DNA of 64,000 nucleotides from Podarcis filfolensis (GCA_964270895.1 OZ185443.1); one strand, 5' to 3'. Counted from the first letter of the stretch, positions 1 through 15,130 are shown. A program made the numbers and translations. Notes: generated by a model from the sequence alone, not told the origin.

Positions 1-16
1 AATACTTCCAGAATAA

Positions 17-307
<291 letters not shown>

Positions 308-356
308 TGAGCTTGCATGCTTTAGACTAACTTGTGTTTCCCTGTTTGTTTTACAG

Positions 357-439
357 CAATTTTCAGAAGCTGCCCAGCTCTATGAAAAAGGGCAGTATTA
401 CGACAAAGCAGCATCGGTATATATCCGGTGCAAAAACTG
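357..439 (+). CDS. WDR19: WDR19 exon 23 equivalent
   Basis: ttacag|CAA...AACTG|gtaag; 83 nt; [28 protein letters not shown]. Confidence 0.95.
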
Positions 440-565
440 GTAAGCACCGGTGTGGCATTCCTTTAAAATTACAGCACAAGGATAGGGAACCTGTGGCCCT
501 TCACATGGAGTTGGATTCCAGCCCCCATCAGCCCCAGCCTGCATGAATAATTGTCTGGGCAAATG

Positions 566-700
566 TGTGGATAGTTCAGTTGGTTAGAGCGTGGTGCTGA
601 TAACACCAAGGTTGCAGGTTTGATCCCCATATGGGACACCTGCATATTCCTGCATTGCAGGGGGTTAACCTAGATGATGATCAGAGTCCCTTCCAACACA
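566..700 (+). mobile_element. tRNA-Ile-derived SINE with CR1-like tail
   Basis: tagttcagttggttagagcgtggtgctgataacaccaaggttgcaggtttgatcccc head, then gcattgcagggggtt...ccttccaac. Confidence 0.75.
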
Positions 701-1192
701 ACATGTCTAGGATTCTCTTGCTTTCCTGAACCAGTAGTCACTTTTCTAGCTTTTTGAGATTTCACTCAATTCCCAAGTGTATTATCTCAGCTGTTAAGAG
801 CTTGAAACTTTGCTTTTTAAGAAGAAAGAAATGTAAAATTCTTGGGAAGCTGAATTGCCACATTCTGCACTTTTTCTACACTTCACCAGTATCACAACAT
901 GCTGATCCAGAATAGCTCTTCTGTGAACTGAAGGGCTGAGATTTAGCAGACTCCCCACTTACGGAACGAGCAGGGGAGCTGATTTCCACCAGTTCCCCCT
1001 TCCCCATGGAACTTGCCCCACTTCTCATGCTGCTCTGAAGGTCCTCTGACCCCCCTGGACCAAAGAGGAGATTGGGGGTGGTGCACACAAGGCTACAAGG
1101 GGAGGGAGGAATCAGCAAAAAACCATCTTCCCTCCATTCTGTGAATGAGTGGTCTGTGAATGGAGTTTTGTTCACGGAACCCTGTGATAAAT

Positions 1193-1567
1193 GTTGTCGT
1201 TTAGTCGTGTCCGACTCTTCGTGACCCCATGGACCAGAGCACACCAGGCCCTCCTGTCTTCCACTGCCTCCCGCAGTTTGGTCAAACTCATGCTGGTAGC
1301 TTCGAGAACACTATCCAACCATCTCGTCCTCTGTCGTCCCCTTCTCCTTGTGCCCTCAATCTCTCCCAACATCAGGGTCTTTTCCAGGGAGTCTTCTCAT
1401 AAGGTGGCCAAAGTATTGGAGCCTCAGCTTCAGGATCTGTCCTTCTAGTGAGCACTCAGGGCTGATTTCCCTAAGAATGGAGAGGTTTGATCTTCTTGCA
1501 GTCCATGGGACTCTCATGAGCCTCCTCCAACACCATAATTCAAAAGCATCAATTCTTCGGCGATCAG
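1193..1567 (-). mobile_element. BovB (RTE) LINE, 5'-truncated 3' end
   Basis: MLGEIEGTRRRGRQRTRWLD-type C-terminus; 12-bp TSD CCTGTGATAAAT. Confidence 0.9.
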
Positions 1568-1705
1568 CCTGTGATAAATAAGATACCCAATTACCCTAGT
1601 TTGAAGCAGCGCCCTATGTTCGTCAGTTATCTTAATTCTTTGTATGATGGGATTGGGGTGGGGGGTGGGGTGAGAGAAAGCAATTAAAATAATGTGTGTG
1701 TGTGA

Positions 1706-1945
<240 letters not shown>

Positions 1946-3227
1946 TAGCAGCCGAACATTGAAACATTTGAGGACTGAAAATTTATTTTAATGACTTATT
2001 GCTGTTATTTCTGTCCTGCTTTCCGGGATACAAGTCCACAATAAACAACATTATTAAAAACTCATCATGAGCCTTCCCAAGGCAGCTGATGGTATAACAG
2101 TCCTCCAGTGAGCAGGGAATAATCCAGCCAGAGCAGATGGAGGTGGTATTCGCCTGCCTCCTCTCTCCTAGAATCCCTCCCACAGGACAGCTAATGGAAG
2201 AAAGGCCCTCTTTTTTCTGCTGAAGTTTTTAAATCAACTACCAGTGTGATACGACATGTTGCTTTTCCTTTAAGGAACAACAAAACAAAAAACATGTGTT
2301 TCCAGAATTAATTTTACCTCTTGTTTTTATCCCTTATAAGAGCAGACGGAAAAGGTGCAAAAAGAGTTTGTTCTCCCCGCTCCATCTCCTTTATTTCAGA
2401 TTTTCTAACCTCTGCTCAGACTTAGCATCTATAGAGAGAGCATGAAATCACTGTCCCCTGTTCAGTTCATCTGGACTTTGCATGTGATTAAATTTTATAT
2501 AGCAAAACTTAAGCAACAATAATTTGTTTAGTCCATAAAGGGTGTGCTAATTTGAAAGTTATTATTTCTTGTTAGAAGTAATTGGCATCTTTAGTAGCCC
2601 CCCCATCAAATATGGGAAGGTAGAATACAGAATATTTCTTACCACAGTTTTTAAAAAGCCTTTAAACCTAGATACTCACCAATACTGGTTGTTCCTAGGT
2701 TTTTTAAAGATGGATTTTATTTGACAACTGGTTTCGATTGTCAGTTGTTGAGAGAAAAAGCCTTATAGTCTAGCACTATAAGGGGATATTTGCTGTTGCT
2801 AGGTACAAACTGGAAGAAAACTCATCTTTAAATTTTGTCAGCTTATAAACAGAATAGCATCAAAATTAATAGGAGCCCCTCCCAAAAAAGTTCTGGGAAC
2901 CATTTGGCTCCATGAGTCTCTGTGGTAAGAGTTAATAGTATCTGATATAAGGTACCTACATTGCATGGGGTTGTTTCCAGACTTAGTCACACTTAAAGTA
3001 AACACACTGAAATCAGTGGGCTTTTTAATAATAATAACAATAATAACAATCAATTAATCATCAATAATTCATAATTAGTCATGATCCAACCTATATTGCA
3101 TAAATTGGTTACCAGATACCAGCAAAAGAATAATTTATCCTTATTTAGTAAAGTGTTTTTAAACGAGTAACAGCCTGGGAATTTTGAGGGCTGAACCTGA
3201 AGTGTCTATGATGATCTCTCTTTCTAG

Positions 3228-3374
3228 ATACAAAGAAGCCGTCTTGGCCTATGCAAATGCCAAGCAGTGGGACAGCGTCATCCGGCTATATTTGGATCAC
3301 CTTAATAACCCAGAGAAGGCTGTTAGCATTGTCAGGGAGACGCAGTCACTTGAGGGAGCCAAGATGGTAGCCAG
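3228..3374 (+). CDS. WDR19: WDR19 exon 25 equivalent
   Basis: ttctag|A...GCCAG|gtaact; 147 nt; [49 protein letters not shown]. Confidence 0.95.
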
Positions 3375-4339
3375 GTAACTGCAGCTATAGAAACTAGTTT
3401 TCAGACTTTTAAGAGAGTTCTAACTCTGTAGAATTGGTCAGATTATATATGTGCAAAACCCAATCTCTACAATTTGCTTTTAAAATATTTTGTTTGACTC
3501 TTTTCAAATGAGAGAGGCTAAAAAAAAACATTTTTAAAACAATAAAAGAAAAGAGCCCCTAGCTTTTGGAAAAAGTTTTTTTAAAAAAAAAATCCATTTC
3601 AAACAATTCTGATGGAGAGTCTGAGCTTTAAGAGTATAAATTCATTTTGACATGTACCAACCCCATTTAACTTTTATTTTAATGTTTGCTTTCTAGTTGT
3701 AGTAACAAAAGGAAAAGCAAACTTTTATTGATTCTATGATACGATTTTATGTACATCTTTATATGCAATTTACATGGATTTTGTTTTGTTCTTTTGATGT
3801 TGCCTAAGACTAATTTCAGAAATAGAAAAGAGCGTATGGAGGAATTTATTCATAATTTTTTCCCTGAAACTGCCAGATACAATTTTGTATCTAGTTTTTC
3901 TGCAGAAATACATTTCAGGACTAATTTGATCTCTCCAAATGGCGTATTTCACCTTCCACCCCAAATCAGAGATGGAGAACCTGGGGCTTTCAGCTGTGAA
4001 TGGGCTCCTAGTTCCCGTCAGGCCCAACCAGCATGGCCAGTGATCAGGAATAATGAGAGTTGTAGTCCAGTAACTTGTGGAGGTCACCATCCCTGCCTTA
4101 GATGAAGCACCAAAGAACACAACAGCAAGGGGTTGAGAAGGACCCTTGCAGTTATAGGAGCCTGGAGGTGTTCCATAATTCAACCTCCTTTGTACAGAGC
4201 CACCAGCATGGCTGCAAACTTAAAATCTAGGGATCTGGAGTTGCCTAGTTGACCTTATCCATCATACTTGCCATCTGAGACATAGCCAACCATATGTATG
4301 TATCCTCGGCATGTTTCAGGTTAGTGTAGCCTGGATGGG

Positions 4340-4875
4340 AGATTAAGTGGAACATGATTGCAGTGTGGGAGGTCTTTTCACTAGTAATAGTGATTGAGCT
4401 GTTCGTGTTCTTCAGCATCAACTTCATTGGACTGGTCATGTTGTTTGGATGCCTGATTATCATCTTCCAAAGCAACTACTCCATTCCAAACTTAAAAATG
4501 GAAAGTGTAATGCTGGTGGTCCACAAAAAAGGTTTAAAGACTGTCTCAAGGCAAATCTTTAAAAATGTAGCATAAACACTGACAATTAGGAAACACTGGC
4601 CTGCAAGCTCTCCAGTTGGAGAACAGCCTTTACCAAAGGTGTCATGGGCTTTGAAAACACTCAAAGTCAGAATGAAAGGGAGAAATGTGCTAAGAGGAAG
4701 GCACACTTGCCAAACCCTCACCTTGATCAACTCCTGCCCAGAAATCTATGTCCCCACTGTGGAAGGACGTGTGGATCCAGAATTGGCCTCCACAGTCACT
4801 TAATGGACTCACTGTTACGATCGTGTTCATGGAAGACAATCTTATTCGGCTGTGAGTGATCACCAAAGTAAGAAG
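4340..4875 (+). mobile_element. RTE-clade LINE 3' fragment (not BovB)
   Basis: Degenerate WTGHV...PKQLL...KRFKD-type segment and C-terminal CPHCGRTCGSRIGLHSH zinc finger. Confidence 0.75.
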
Positions 4876-5269
4876 ACTGTTTTGGGGGGCTGAATAGGAA
4901 CCAACTCCTGTGACTCTGCTTGCCTGACTCCTAATGAGCTTGCAAGCATACAGAATCTCTGCACCTGCCCTCATCATACAGTGGGAGCCCTTGGATTTTA
5001 AAATAGCATGGAAGCCTATGAACAAGGCCTGTCTTGTTTTGTTAAAGCATTGTACAGCATGTAGTGTTTTTTAACATGTTATTAATAAATAATAATGATA
5101 TAGTAGGTTCAGAGATATGATTGTTGAAAATCTGCCCTGAAGAGTAAGCTTAAGGCAGCTTAAACTGGTTATGGGTGTAATGAGAAATGCTGCTTCAGTG
5201 TTAAAAATATTGTGGATGCTCCTGCAAATCATTACAGGGATTTCATGGATTCTGTTCATTATACTTTAA

Positions 5270-5557
<288 letters not shown>

Positions 5558-5603
5558 TAAGAAAGTCCTATTGAGTTTCTTCCCCCCCCCCCATCTATTG
5601 CAG

Positions 5604-5716
5604 GTTCTGAGGACACCACTAATGAAGATTACCAAAGCATTGCCTTATATTTTGAAGGAGAGAAGAAACATTTTCAGGCGGGCAGATTCTTTCTTCTGTG
5701 TGGTCAATATGCACGG
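5604..5716 (+). CDS. WDR19: WDR19 exon 27 equivalent
   Basis: ttgcag|GT...GCACGG|gttagt; 113 nt; [37 protein letters not shown]. Confidence 0.95.
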
Positions 5717-5883
5717 GTTAGTATAGAAACTTGCTGAGTCAGACTAAGGGCCAACCTAGCCGGGACATGGGAGATCCATGCCCTTCCAACGTCACTTTCT
5801 TTGCTTTGAAAATAACTGCATTGGGTCTAATTTAGATCAGAACTGAAATGAAAAAAAAATTGTCCATGCCTAATAGCAGCTTA

Positions 5884-6227
5884 GGGACGCGGGTGGCGCT
5901 GTGGATAAAACCTCAGCGCCTAGGACTTGCCGATCGCATGGTCGGCGGTTCGAATCCCCGCGGCGGGGTGCGCTCCCGTTGTTTGGTCCCAGCGCCTGCC
6001 AACCTAGCAGTTCAAAAGCACCCCCGGGTGCAAGTAGATAAATAGGGACCGCTTACCAGCGGGAAGGTAAACGGCGTTCCGTGTGCTGCGCTGGCTCGCC
6101 AGCTGCAGCTTGTCACGCTGGCCACGTGACCCGGAAGTGTCTGGCTCCCGGCCTATAGAGTGAGATGAGCGCACAACCCTAGAGTCTGGCAAGACTGGCC
6201 CATACGGGCAGGGGTACCTTTACCTTT
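5884..6227 (+). mobile_element. Sauria SINE
   Basis: GGGACGCGGGTGGCGCTG head, GTTCGAATCC B box, ACCTTTACCTTT tail; 13-bp TSD TAATAGCAGCTTA. Confidence 0.9.
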
Positions 6228-6889
6228 TAATAGCAGCTTACAGATATTTAAAGGAAGTGGTCAGGGCAGGGAGAGAAAGAGAGACAGACATAGGACTCTC
6301 CCACTATCTTCTCCCTGTAATTTCATTCAATAGCAGCACTGCTCCCAGATCCACCCTTCTCATTAGCCCTGTTCTGCACATTTCTCATGTTATTCTGGCT
6401 GAAAAGTGACTCTTGCTTGCCAGGATGGAGAGAGAGGTGTGTCTGACCACACCTGCTTTTGCCACACTCGCCATTGGTACGTGGACTTGGGAAGGTTGTC
6501 CACGAGGAAATGTGGCCCTCATGATTAAAAGAGGAGGCGAGATTTAGGCGATACATTTAGCACCAAAGCTTCCTAAACAACTGTTTAGAAGAGCACAAAA
6601 TTCTGCTATATTGTGCGTATTATCCAGTTAAGAACCTGAACATCTTTCATGAAGTAGAGACATTGGGGAATTAGGCTGATGCTGTGTTTTGGGGGCATAT
6701 CTAGATCTCCTGGCCATTTTTAAAACTACCAACCTAGTCAGCCAATTGGTTAACATTAATTTCTAGCTTTTGAAGCACTTAGTAACATAAGGCACATTCT
6801 CCTTAGAAATGCAGATGATTTGAAGAGTAATTTGTTTGTAGAGAAATACTCAGGTATAAGGCATTAAGTCCTGTATGTGTTTTTTTCAG

Positions 6890-6958
6890 GCATTAAAGCA
6901 CTTTCTGAAAAATCCAAATGCGGATGATACTATGGCTATAGAAATGGCAATAGAAACG
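6890..6958 (+). CDS. WDR19: WDR19 exon 28 equivalent
   Basis: tttcag|GCA...ACG|gtaaga; 69 nt; ALKHFLKNPNADDTMAIEMAIET. Confidence 0.95.
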
Positions 6959-7302
6959 GTAAGAAACATCATTTAGGAAGGGGAAGATACTTCCTTTTAC
7001 CAGAAACTCTGTATCATTGCTATAATTGATTAAGCAGAGAACCAATGCCAGACTATTTGTTTTATATTTATTTTACAGCCTGTATTTTACTTTTCTTCCA
7101 AAATTGGAACCCTTTACTTACTATGTTAAATATCCTCTACTTTAGACTCTTCAATGTGGTATAATTACTTGTAAATAACCGATTTGTAGGCCTGGGATAC
7201 CAAATTATTTGTGGCTTGACTGTATAAGTGTTGTTCATTTCACATAAAAGATCCTTCCCTACAGTGTGTTGTGTTACTCCATTCACAATTTATTTTCAAT
7301 AG

Positions 7303-7380
7303 GTAGGACAGGCGAAAGATGAAGCTTTGACCAATCAGCTTATAAATCACCTTATGGGGGAGAGTGATGGAATACCAAAG
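7303..7380 (+). CDS. WDR19: WDR19 exon 29 equivalent
   Basis: caatag|GTA...AAG|gtact; 78 nt; [26 protein letters not shown]. Confidence 0.95.
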
Positions 7381-7707
7381 GTACTAAATTCCAAATATAG
7401 ACCTATGTTTAATATAATTGTTCCTCTATTAGTTGTTGTTTTTAATTAAATGGCCTCTGGTCTAGATTTTCAAACTCAGACCCTATCTGCACTATACATT
7501 TAAAGCAGTACCATACCACTTTCAACAGTTGTGGCTTCCCCAAAAGAATCCTAGTGTAGTTTCTACAGAATGTTGAGAGTTTTTAGTGGGCCACTATTCT
7601 CCACACAAAACTACAATTCCCAGAGTCCCTTGGGAAGAGAAATTAATTATTAAACGTCTTTGACAATTGGCAAACCTAGATTTGCCTTAATGTAATGGGT
7701 TGTAGAG

Positions 7708-7797
7708 CATAGCTGTCAACTTTTCCCTTTTCTTGTGAGGAATCCTATTCGGAATAAGGGAATCTCCCTTAAAAAAAGGGAAAAGTTGACAGCTATG
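7708..7797. mobile_element. hAT MITE, 90 bp
   Basis: TIR CATAGCTGTCAACTTTTCCCTTTT and its reverse complement; 8-bp TSD TTGTAGAG/GTGTAGAG. Confidence 0.85.
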
Positions 7798-9130
7798 GTG
7801 TAGAGCGGCCCTAGTATCAGGGTAGCAATTTACCTGTACGGACTGTTGCTTTTTTTGTCTGTTTCTGAGAGACTGACTGTGTCCATACTGCATTAGACCT
7901 GAGTATGACTCCTGAATTTTGCTTATAATCTATGGTTCATTGGCAGAGAAATTGGGATAAAAGCCTAAGAAAGGAGGCAGAGGAAGGCTGACAAATTGTA
8001 TAAGAACTGAGCTGCGGATGCTGCTGGCAGTATACCAAAAGCTAGTTTTCTTAAAAATATTCTCTGTGCTAAGATAGATGGTTTTATTTTGCTGTGTATT
8101 TGTCATCTCTGCACATTTCTTCCTCTTACATAAAATTGGGGTGGGAAATGCTTTGGAACCAAATCCATTTTTAATAGTAGACATAGTTTTACCTTGTGTA
8201 ATCATGCCCATTACTTTATTTAACAAGTTTTATTTGGAATAGTTCTATTTTCTCATTTAAAACCTTTGTTCTTCTAACTGCTTTACTGCATCTGCCATAG
8301 TCTCTTTCTGTGAGTAATTTTTTTTTTACTTTAACCATTCATAGCTGCTATTTAACTTTTTGTTTTTAAAATAATTTATGAGGCTGCTTCCTTTAGTATA
8401 CGCACTTACTCAAGTGTAAGACCCATCGAACTCAATGCATAGGATTGTGCTGTAAAAGGACAAGACTACACAAATTGTTTGCATCATTTGTGGAAAATGA
8501 CCTGCAGCATTTCTGAACCCCTATCCCACAATGTTTAGGATAATTTATAATGCTGGGATTATGCTGGCTTAACTACTTTTCAACCCAGAACATATTCACA
8601 GTATCTAAATTATTTCATTCAGTATTCGCTAGACAACAGAGGAATATTAACTAATGTATACTATAATAAATGCACTAATGTATACTGTAATAACAGCATG
8701 CTACAGTGTTCTAATACCATTTATGGCTTAACTTGTCCAATTTAAACATAGCTGTTTGGCATAAACTGATTTGATAAAAAGAAACTGAAAATTCTTATTT
8801 TATGTTTGGAAACTTTAAAGATAAATGCTTATTTATTTTTTAAAAACTATTACTAAAAATGGGAGGGAAAGCTGTATTTTTAAAAAAGCTATCACTAAAA
8901 TATTTTTTCAGCTGAGATAATTTCAGCTGACTGATTTTATTGTGTATTGCAAAATAACACTTTAACCCTGTGGAAATGTTCAGATTTTATGCATGTATGG
9001 GAAGCTGTTTGACAAACTAGCTCAGTAGTGTAAAAAAATTGTGGAACCAAGGCTTTCCATATTTACACAGAAAACCTGGGCAAATGAGGCTGTGCTTAAA
9101 GCTCAGCAGCTCCTCAACAGTTCTGCCTGA

Positions 9131-9421
<291 letters not shown>

Positions 9422-9782
9422 TGAAGCACCTTCAGTGCATTGCCATTTCTCTGCAGAAGCTAGAACTGGCATGGGGTTGGGATTTGTACCTTGTCTCTCA
9501 TTTTCTCCCTGGGCTACAGCATTTCTTACTGCTTATGTTACCTACCTGTAGGTCTCCAGGTGCTTTTGGATTCCAGCTTCCATCAGCCCCAGCCAGCATG
9601 ACCAATGGTCAGGGATGATGGGAGCTCTGGTCCAACAGCATCTGAAGGGCCACAGGTTTCCTGTCCCTGCTCTAGACATTGGTGGCTGGAGATGCAAATT
9701 GTTTTGGTGAGCATGATTTCACTAGACAAGTAGTGTCCGTGTAAGATGCCTTATATGCTGGCAGTTACTAATACAGTCTTGC

Positions 9783-10137
9783 AGGTAAAGGTAAAGGGAC
9801 CCCTAACCATTAGGTCCAGTCGTGACCGACTCTGGGGTTGCGGCGCTCATCTCACTTTATTGGCCGAAGGAGCCGATGTACAGCTTCCGGGTCATGTGGT
9901 CAGCATGACTAAGCCACTTCTGGCGAACCAGAGCAGTACACGGAAACAGCGTTTACCTTCCCGCCGGAGCGGTACCTATTTATCTACTTGCACTTTGATG
10001 TGCTTTCGAACTGCTAGGTTGGCAGGAGCTGGGACCGAGCAACGGGAGCTCACCCCATTGCGGGGATTCGAAATGCTGACCTTCTGATCTGCAAGTCCTA
10101 GGCTCTTTGGTTTAACCCACAGCGCCACCCGCGTCCC
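9783..10137 (-). mobile_element. Sauria SINE
   Basis: Reverse-complement copy of the same family; degenerate TSD ATACAGTCTTGC/ATGCGGTCTTGC. Confidence 0.9.
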
Positions 10138-10230
10138 GGCGATGCGGTCTTGCTAAATTTACTTAAATCAGCTGAAACGAAGAGAATCTGGAATATAAGG
10201 AGGCACAGTATCCTTCTGAAATCTAATTAG

Positions 10231-10392
<162 letters not shown>

Positions 10393-10522
10393 TGAAAATA
10401 TTTATGGAAACTTGTGAAAAATGGAATGCATATTGCCCACCACTGCCTTTTCCTAATAGCTCAAGCGGATTCCTGATCACTTTGGGAAAATGTGTCTAAA
10501 ATGCTTCATTGTTTAGCTCCAA

Positions 10523-10663
10523 NNNNNNNNNNNNNNNNNNNNNNNNNNNNNNNNNNNNNNNNNNNNNNNNNNNNNNNNNNNNNNNNNNNNNNNNNNNNNN
10601 NNNNNNNNNNNNNNNNNNNNNNNNNNNNNNNNNNNNNNNNNNNNNNNNNNNNNNNNNNNNNNN
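10523..10663. other. Assembly gap (141 N) in a WDR19 intron
   Basis: Run of N. The flanking exons join in frame with the expected protein, so no coding exon appears to be missing. Confidence 0.99.
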
Positions 10664-10717
10664 ACCTTCAAGACTGCAACTATTTAGCTTTGCGAATAAC
10701 TCACATTTCTCTCTCAG

Positions 10718-10799
10718 ATTCACGTTAAATGTGGCGACCATTTGAAGGGAGCACGTATGCTCATTCGTGTGGCCAACAACATCAGCAAATTTCCATCCC
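10718..10799 (+). CDS. WDR19: WDR19 exon 32 equivalent
   Basis: tctcag|ATT...TCCC|gtaagt; 82 nt; [27 protein letters not shown]. Confidence 0.95.
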
Positions 10800-11477
10800 G
10801 TAAGTGTTAACTATACTGGGAAGTGGCACCTGCCGTTCTCAACCTTGCATCCCCAGACTGATGTTTGGACTACAACTCCCATCAGCCCTGGTCACTGGTC
10901 CTGGTAGCTATAGAGATGATGGGAGTTCCCATGACATCTGGGGACCCAAGGTTGAGAACAGCTCCATTATGTAGACCAGCTGTTAATGGGGGTTATTACT
11001 TCCTCTTTGTGTCATATAATTGATCAGATGTCCAGAGAGGGGACGATTGGCTTCCCTGTCAGGGCACTGGATGGGCAGAAAGGCTAAACCTCTGCCAACT
11101 CCAGCAGTATGTCTACTTCAACTTTTCTTTTTGTTGCCACCATCACAAATGATGTGGTCTTGAGTGGGGAGCAGAAAACTTGCTTGGGGGGATATACCAG
11201 ACCGCCAGGCCAGGGGGTAACCATTGCTGCTTTAGGAATTACTCTGTTAGTGAATTGCCCAGAGGCATGTAACTGAAATTCAAGCATTGGTAGAGATGGT
11301 GCTGGAGCAAGTGGAACTTCAGTTTTACCCAATGAAACATTTCTTACTTTCTTAGAATATTTGCATGGATTTACTAGAAATATATGCAGCTAATTGATGC
11401 CAGCTGTTGGGTGTCGTTGCTATTCCTATCCCTTCCCATGTGTTTTCTCTAAAATTCAGGAAAGTCAATTCAATTAG

Positions 11478-11741
<264 letters not shown>

Positions 11742-11982
11742 TGAGTTGTCTCTGTGTAACTGAAGTTTGGAAATGCATTGATAAAAGTTAGCTTGAGAGC
11801 ATTGTGGCAGTACTCGAAAATTGCAGTTTGATGCACACTTACTTGGGAGCAAGTCCTATGAAATGTAGTAGAACTTACTTTTAAGTAAGTATGCATTGGT
11901 ATTGGCTGTTAAGCAGAGTTATCCACAACCACAAATTTTTGTCTGTGCCCCAACCCTGCAAGCAACACATGTAAGAATATTA

Positions 11983-12224
11983 CAGTGGTACCTCGGGTTA
12001 AGTACTTAATTCGTTCCGGAGGTCCGTTCTTAACCTGAAACTGTTCTTAACCTGAAGCACCACTTTAGCTAATGGGGCCTCCTGCTGCCGCTGCGTCGCT
12101 GGAGCACAATTTATGTTCTCATCCTGAAGCAAAGTTCTTAACCTGAAGCACTATTTCTGGGTTAGCAGAGTCTGTAACCTGAAGCGTATGTAACCTGAAG
12201 CGTATGTAACACGAGGTACCAGTG
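11983..12224 (+). mobile_element. Tigger/pogo-like MITE
   Basis: TA|CAGTGGTACCTCGGGTTA...CGAGGTACCAGTG|TA; internal AACCTGAAG repeats. Confidence 0.85.
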
Positions 12225-12626
12225 TACATGCAAAGCAGGATCCAGGAGACATTTCAATTGTTTTGTTATGTATCAACCTGATTTATTTGAAGACAGCACT
12301 CCAGAAAGGTTTGTTGATGTTGCCAAACCACCATATATGAAAATAAGTACCTTTCACTGCACACCCTCTCCAACAAGTAGCGTTGACTTCTTTAGATATT
12401 TGGGGTAGCCTCACCTCTGTATAATGCCACCTATGCAGAAGTTTTAATAAGTATTTCCTGAGTTTTGCAGAAAGCGATGTCAAAAATATATTTCATAAGT
12501 ACTAGTGTTCCAGAGGCAGCTAATAAAGTCATTTACAATAACTGTATTGCAAAGACAATCTGCTGAATTGTCATCGGGTTGGAAGGATAAAGGCACTGTG
12601 GCTCTCCAGATGTTGCTGGATTTGTA

Positions 12627-12989
12627 AAAGGTAAAGGTACCCCTGCCCGTACGGGCCAGTCGTGTCCGACTCTAGGGTTGTGCGCCCATCTCGCTCTAGA
12701 GGCCGTGAGCCGGCGCCGTCCGAAGACACTTCCGGGTCACGTGGCCAGCGTGACGAAGCTGCTCCGGCGAACTGGCACCAGAGCCGCACACGGAAACGCT
12801 GTTTACCTTCCCGCTATAAAGCGGTACCTATTTATCTACTTGCACTTAGGGGTGCTTTTGAACTGCTAGGTGGGCAGGAGCTGGGACTGAATGATGGGAG
12901 CTCACCCCACCGCGGGGATTCGAACCGCCGACCTTACGATCAGCAAGTCCTAGGCACTGAGGTTTTACCCACAGCGCCACCCGCGTCCC
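12627..12989 (-). mobile_element. Sauria SINE
   Basis: Same subtype as 5884-6227; 14-bp TSD TTGCTGGATTTGTA. Confidence 0.9.
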
Positions 12990-13308
12990 TTTTTTGCTGG
13001 ATTTGTAGTCCAAGTTTAATCTTGGCTTCCTGCAGACTCTGGTTCATATGCAACATAAAGCTAGCCTCTGGTTTCTTTCCTCCAGCCTGGCAAGGGAGTA
13101 GAGGAGGAACAAGCTTGGAACTTTTGAGCTACATACATCAGCATGCTGCTTATTTGCATTAAGCATCTTTCATTACAGTTATTCACATTTATTGTTAGCA
13201 GAGCTAAGCCTCTGTAAGCTAGGAAAGCACTTCTGCTATCCTCGTAGATAAAAAAAACCCTGGCCGTCTTTGTTAAAATGTCTTAATGGAATTTCTTTCT
13301 ACTAACAG

Positions 13309-13432
13309 GCGACCTGACACAGCCGAAGCGGAAGAGCCCACAACCCCATGTCCCTACTGTGAATTCTTGCTGCCTGAAAGTGAGCTTCTCTGCCCTGGCT
13401 GTAAAAACAACCTCCCATACTGTATTGCCACA
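13309..13432 (+). CDS. WDR19: WDR19 exon 34 equivalent (C-terminal Cys-rich zinc-binding region)
   Basis: aacag|G...ACA|gtaagt; 124 nt; [41 protein letters not shown]. Confidence 0.95.
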
Positions 13433-13763
13433 GTAAGTATCATTTGAATATAATAGACTACTCTTCAAGAAGGTGTAACTGTTCTTACCTTAAATTTTTA
13501 ATGCTGAAACTGAAAAATCCTATTATTTGAAAGTGGTTCACACTATTTCACACTATTTGTTTCCACTCTGCAAAATCTCAGAATTTTCTTGCTTTTTGAA
13601 TGTTACTTTTAGATTTTGCACCCTTTGGTGCCCCCCTGCTACATGTCATTGGTTTAGAAACAAGTCACTTGCAGCATATGCACCCAATGGCCCATCCACT
13701 ATAGGTTGATGCAGAGCAATTTGGAATATTTTCCACCAGGTTTAATCACCCTCTTCATTTTAG

Positions 13764-13840
13764 GGACGACATATGGTAAAAGATGACTGGACTGTGTGCC
13801 CCCACTGTGACTTCCCCGCCCTGTATTCAGCATTCAGAAA
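13764..13840 (+). CDS. WDR19: WDR19 exon 35 equivalent
   Basis: ttttag|GGA...AGAAA|gtaagt; 77 nt; GRHMVKDDWTVCPHCDFPALYSAFR. Confidence 0.95.
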
Positions 13841-15130
13841 GTAAGTTGGAATCTCTTTCATCTTCCTTTAGGATATGACTTAAAATGCCAGAGATGTTTA
13901 CCATGATCCTCAAAGCAAACCAGACTAGATCGATTCAATATATACATGAGATTTGCAGCCAATCATCTGTCAAGTTTATTTTGAATTAAAAATAGAACTT
14001 CAGCTTTCCTCACCCCTGAAACTCTTGACCTTGCACACCTCTTTTGTACAACTGTGTACACTAGATTTCCCTTCAGCTAGGTGGCACCATAACCTATGCC
14101 ATCCCTGCTTAGCCAAAGAAAATATGCCCTTCAGATAGGCACCAACCATACTTTTTCCTTTTCTGCTCAGACTTCTCATTATATCAATTCTTTAAGCCAA
14201 CATAAAGCACCATTACTTTCTCACTTTCCTTTCCTGGGCCCCTTTTTACATAAGTCCTTCTGCCTGCACTGCCCTTCTCTAGGATCATTGTATTCCATCC
14301 AAATAGAGAGAACTTGTCTGTCCTGCATCTCTGTGAACTCAGCCAATCAGTGCCAGGGGCTCCATCACAAAACTCCATAGCACATTACAGTTAGGACTGA
14401 GTTGAAAGTGTTTGTGTGTCTGTCTGCAAGTTCTTCATTAACATTTTAATACGTATTGACTGGCTAGGATCATGTCCAAGAAGCATTCATTTCCTTTATT
14501 CTAAACCAGCTTTATTTGCCCTCAGTGAAGTCAGCTTGTGGTCAAAATTTACTGCATACATAACTTTGTGGCATCCTAAATGATCCTTGGTTGGCTGGGA
14601 TAACTCTAGGAAATGGGGCAAGCCTCTAGCCATCTGCAGTGGAATGGGGAAAACAATGCATATAAACATATTTGAGAAGTTGCAAATTTGCACGTATGAT
14701 GGGTTTGTGGGGAGAACATCTCCACTTCCTGGCCAAGCACTTTTAATTCTGAAAATTGAAATGGACATATATTTAACACAACCCTAGGAATATTTCTGAA
14801 CATTTAACTTGACTTGTACGACTAGTATTACTAGTTCTAATAAAGGCAAACCGCCTTTTTTAGTGGCTGGTCTCCCAGAGTATTCTGGACTTCATGTTAG
14901 GACACTGAGCTGACTCTAGGAGCAGTCCATGTGTTCACTGCATTTTTGTGGTTGGTGATATTAGGAATCTATTCCTGCTTGGCACATTCCAAGTGCTGAA
15001 ACCTGACATAGACAGTGATACTTTTTAAGGGTATGCAGCCTCATGTACCTTCAGCATCAACAAAGCACTTGGACAAAGAGAATCCCTTCCTCCATTGCCC
15101 CAGGGTGCCAAAATTATTCACCTGTAAGAC

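Noticed and set aside
566-640. tRNA-Ile(GAT)-like gene
   Set aside because: The acceptor stem does not pair, there is no T-run terminator, and the sequence continues into a CR1-like tail, so it is a SINE head.
10523-10663. Possible missing WDR19 exon in the N gap
   Set aside because: The exons on either side join in phase to give the contiguous expected protein (...YILVK|IHVK...).
11983-12224. Short repeated AACCTGAAG units resembling a CRISPR or operator array
   Set aside because: They are internal repeats of a Tigger-like MITE present three times in the window. The genome is eukaryotic and there are no spacers or cas genes.
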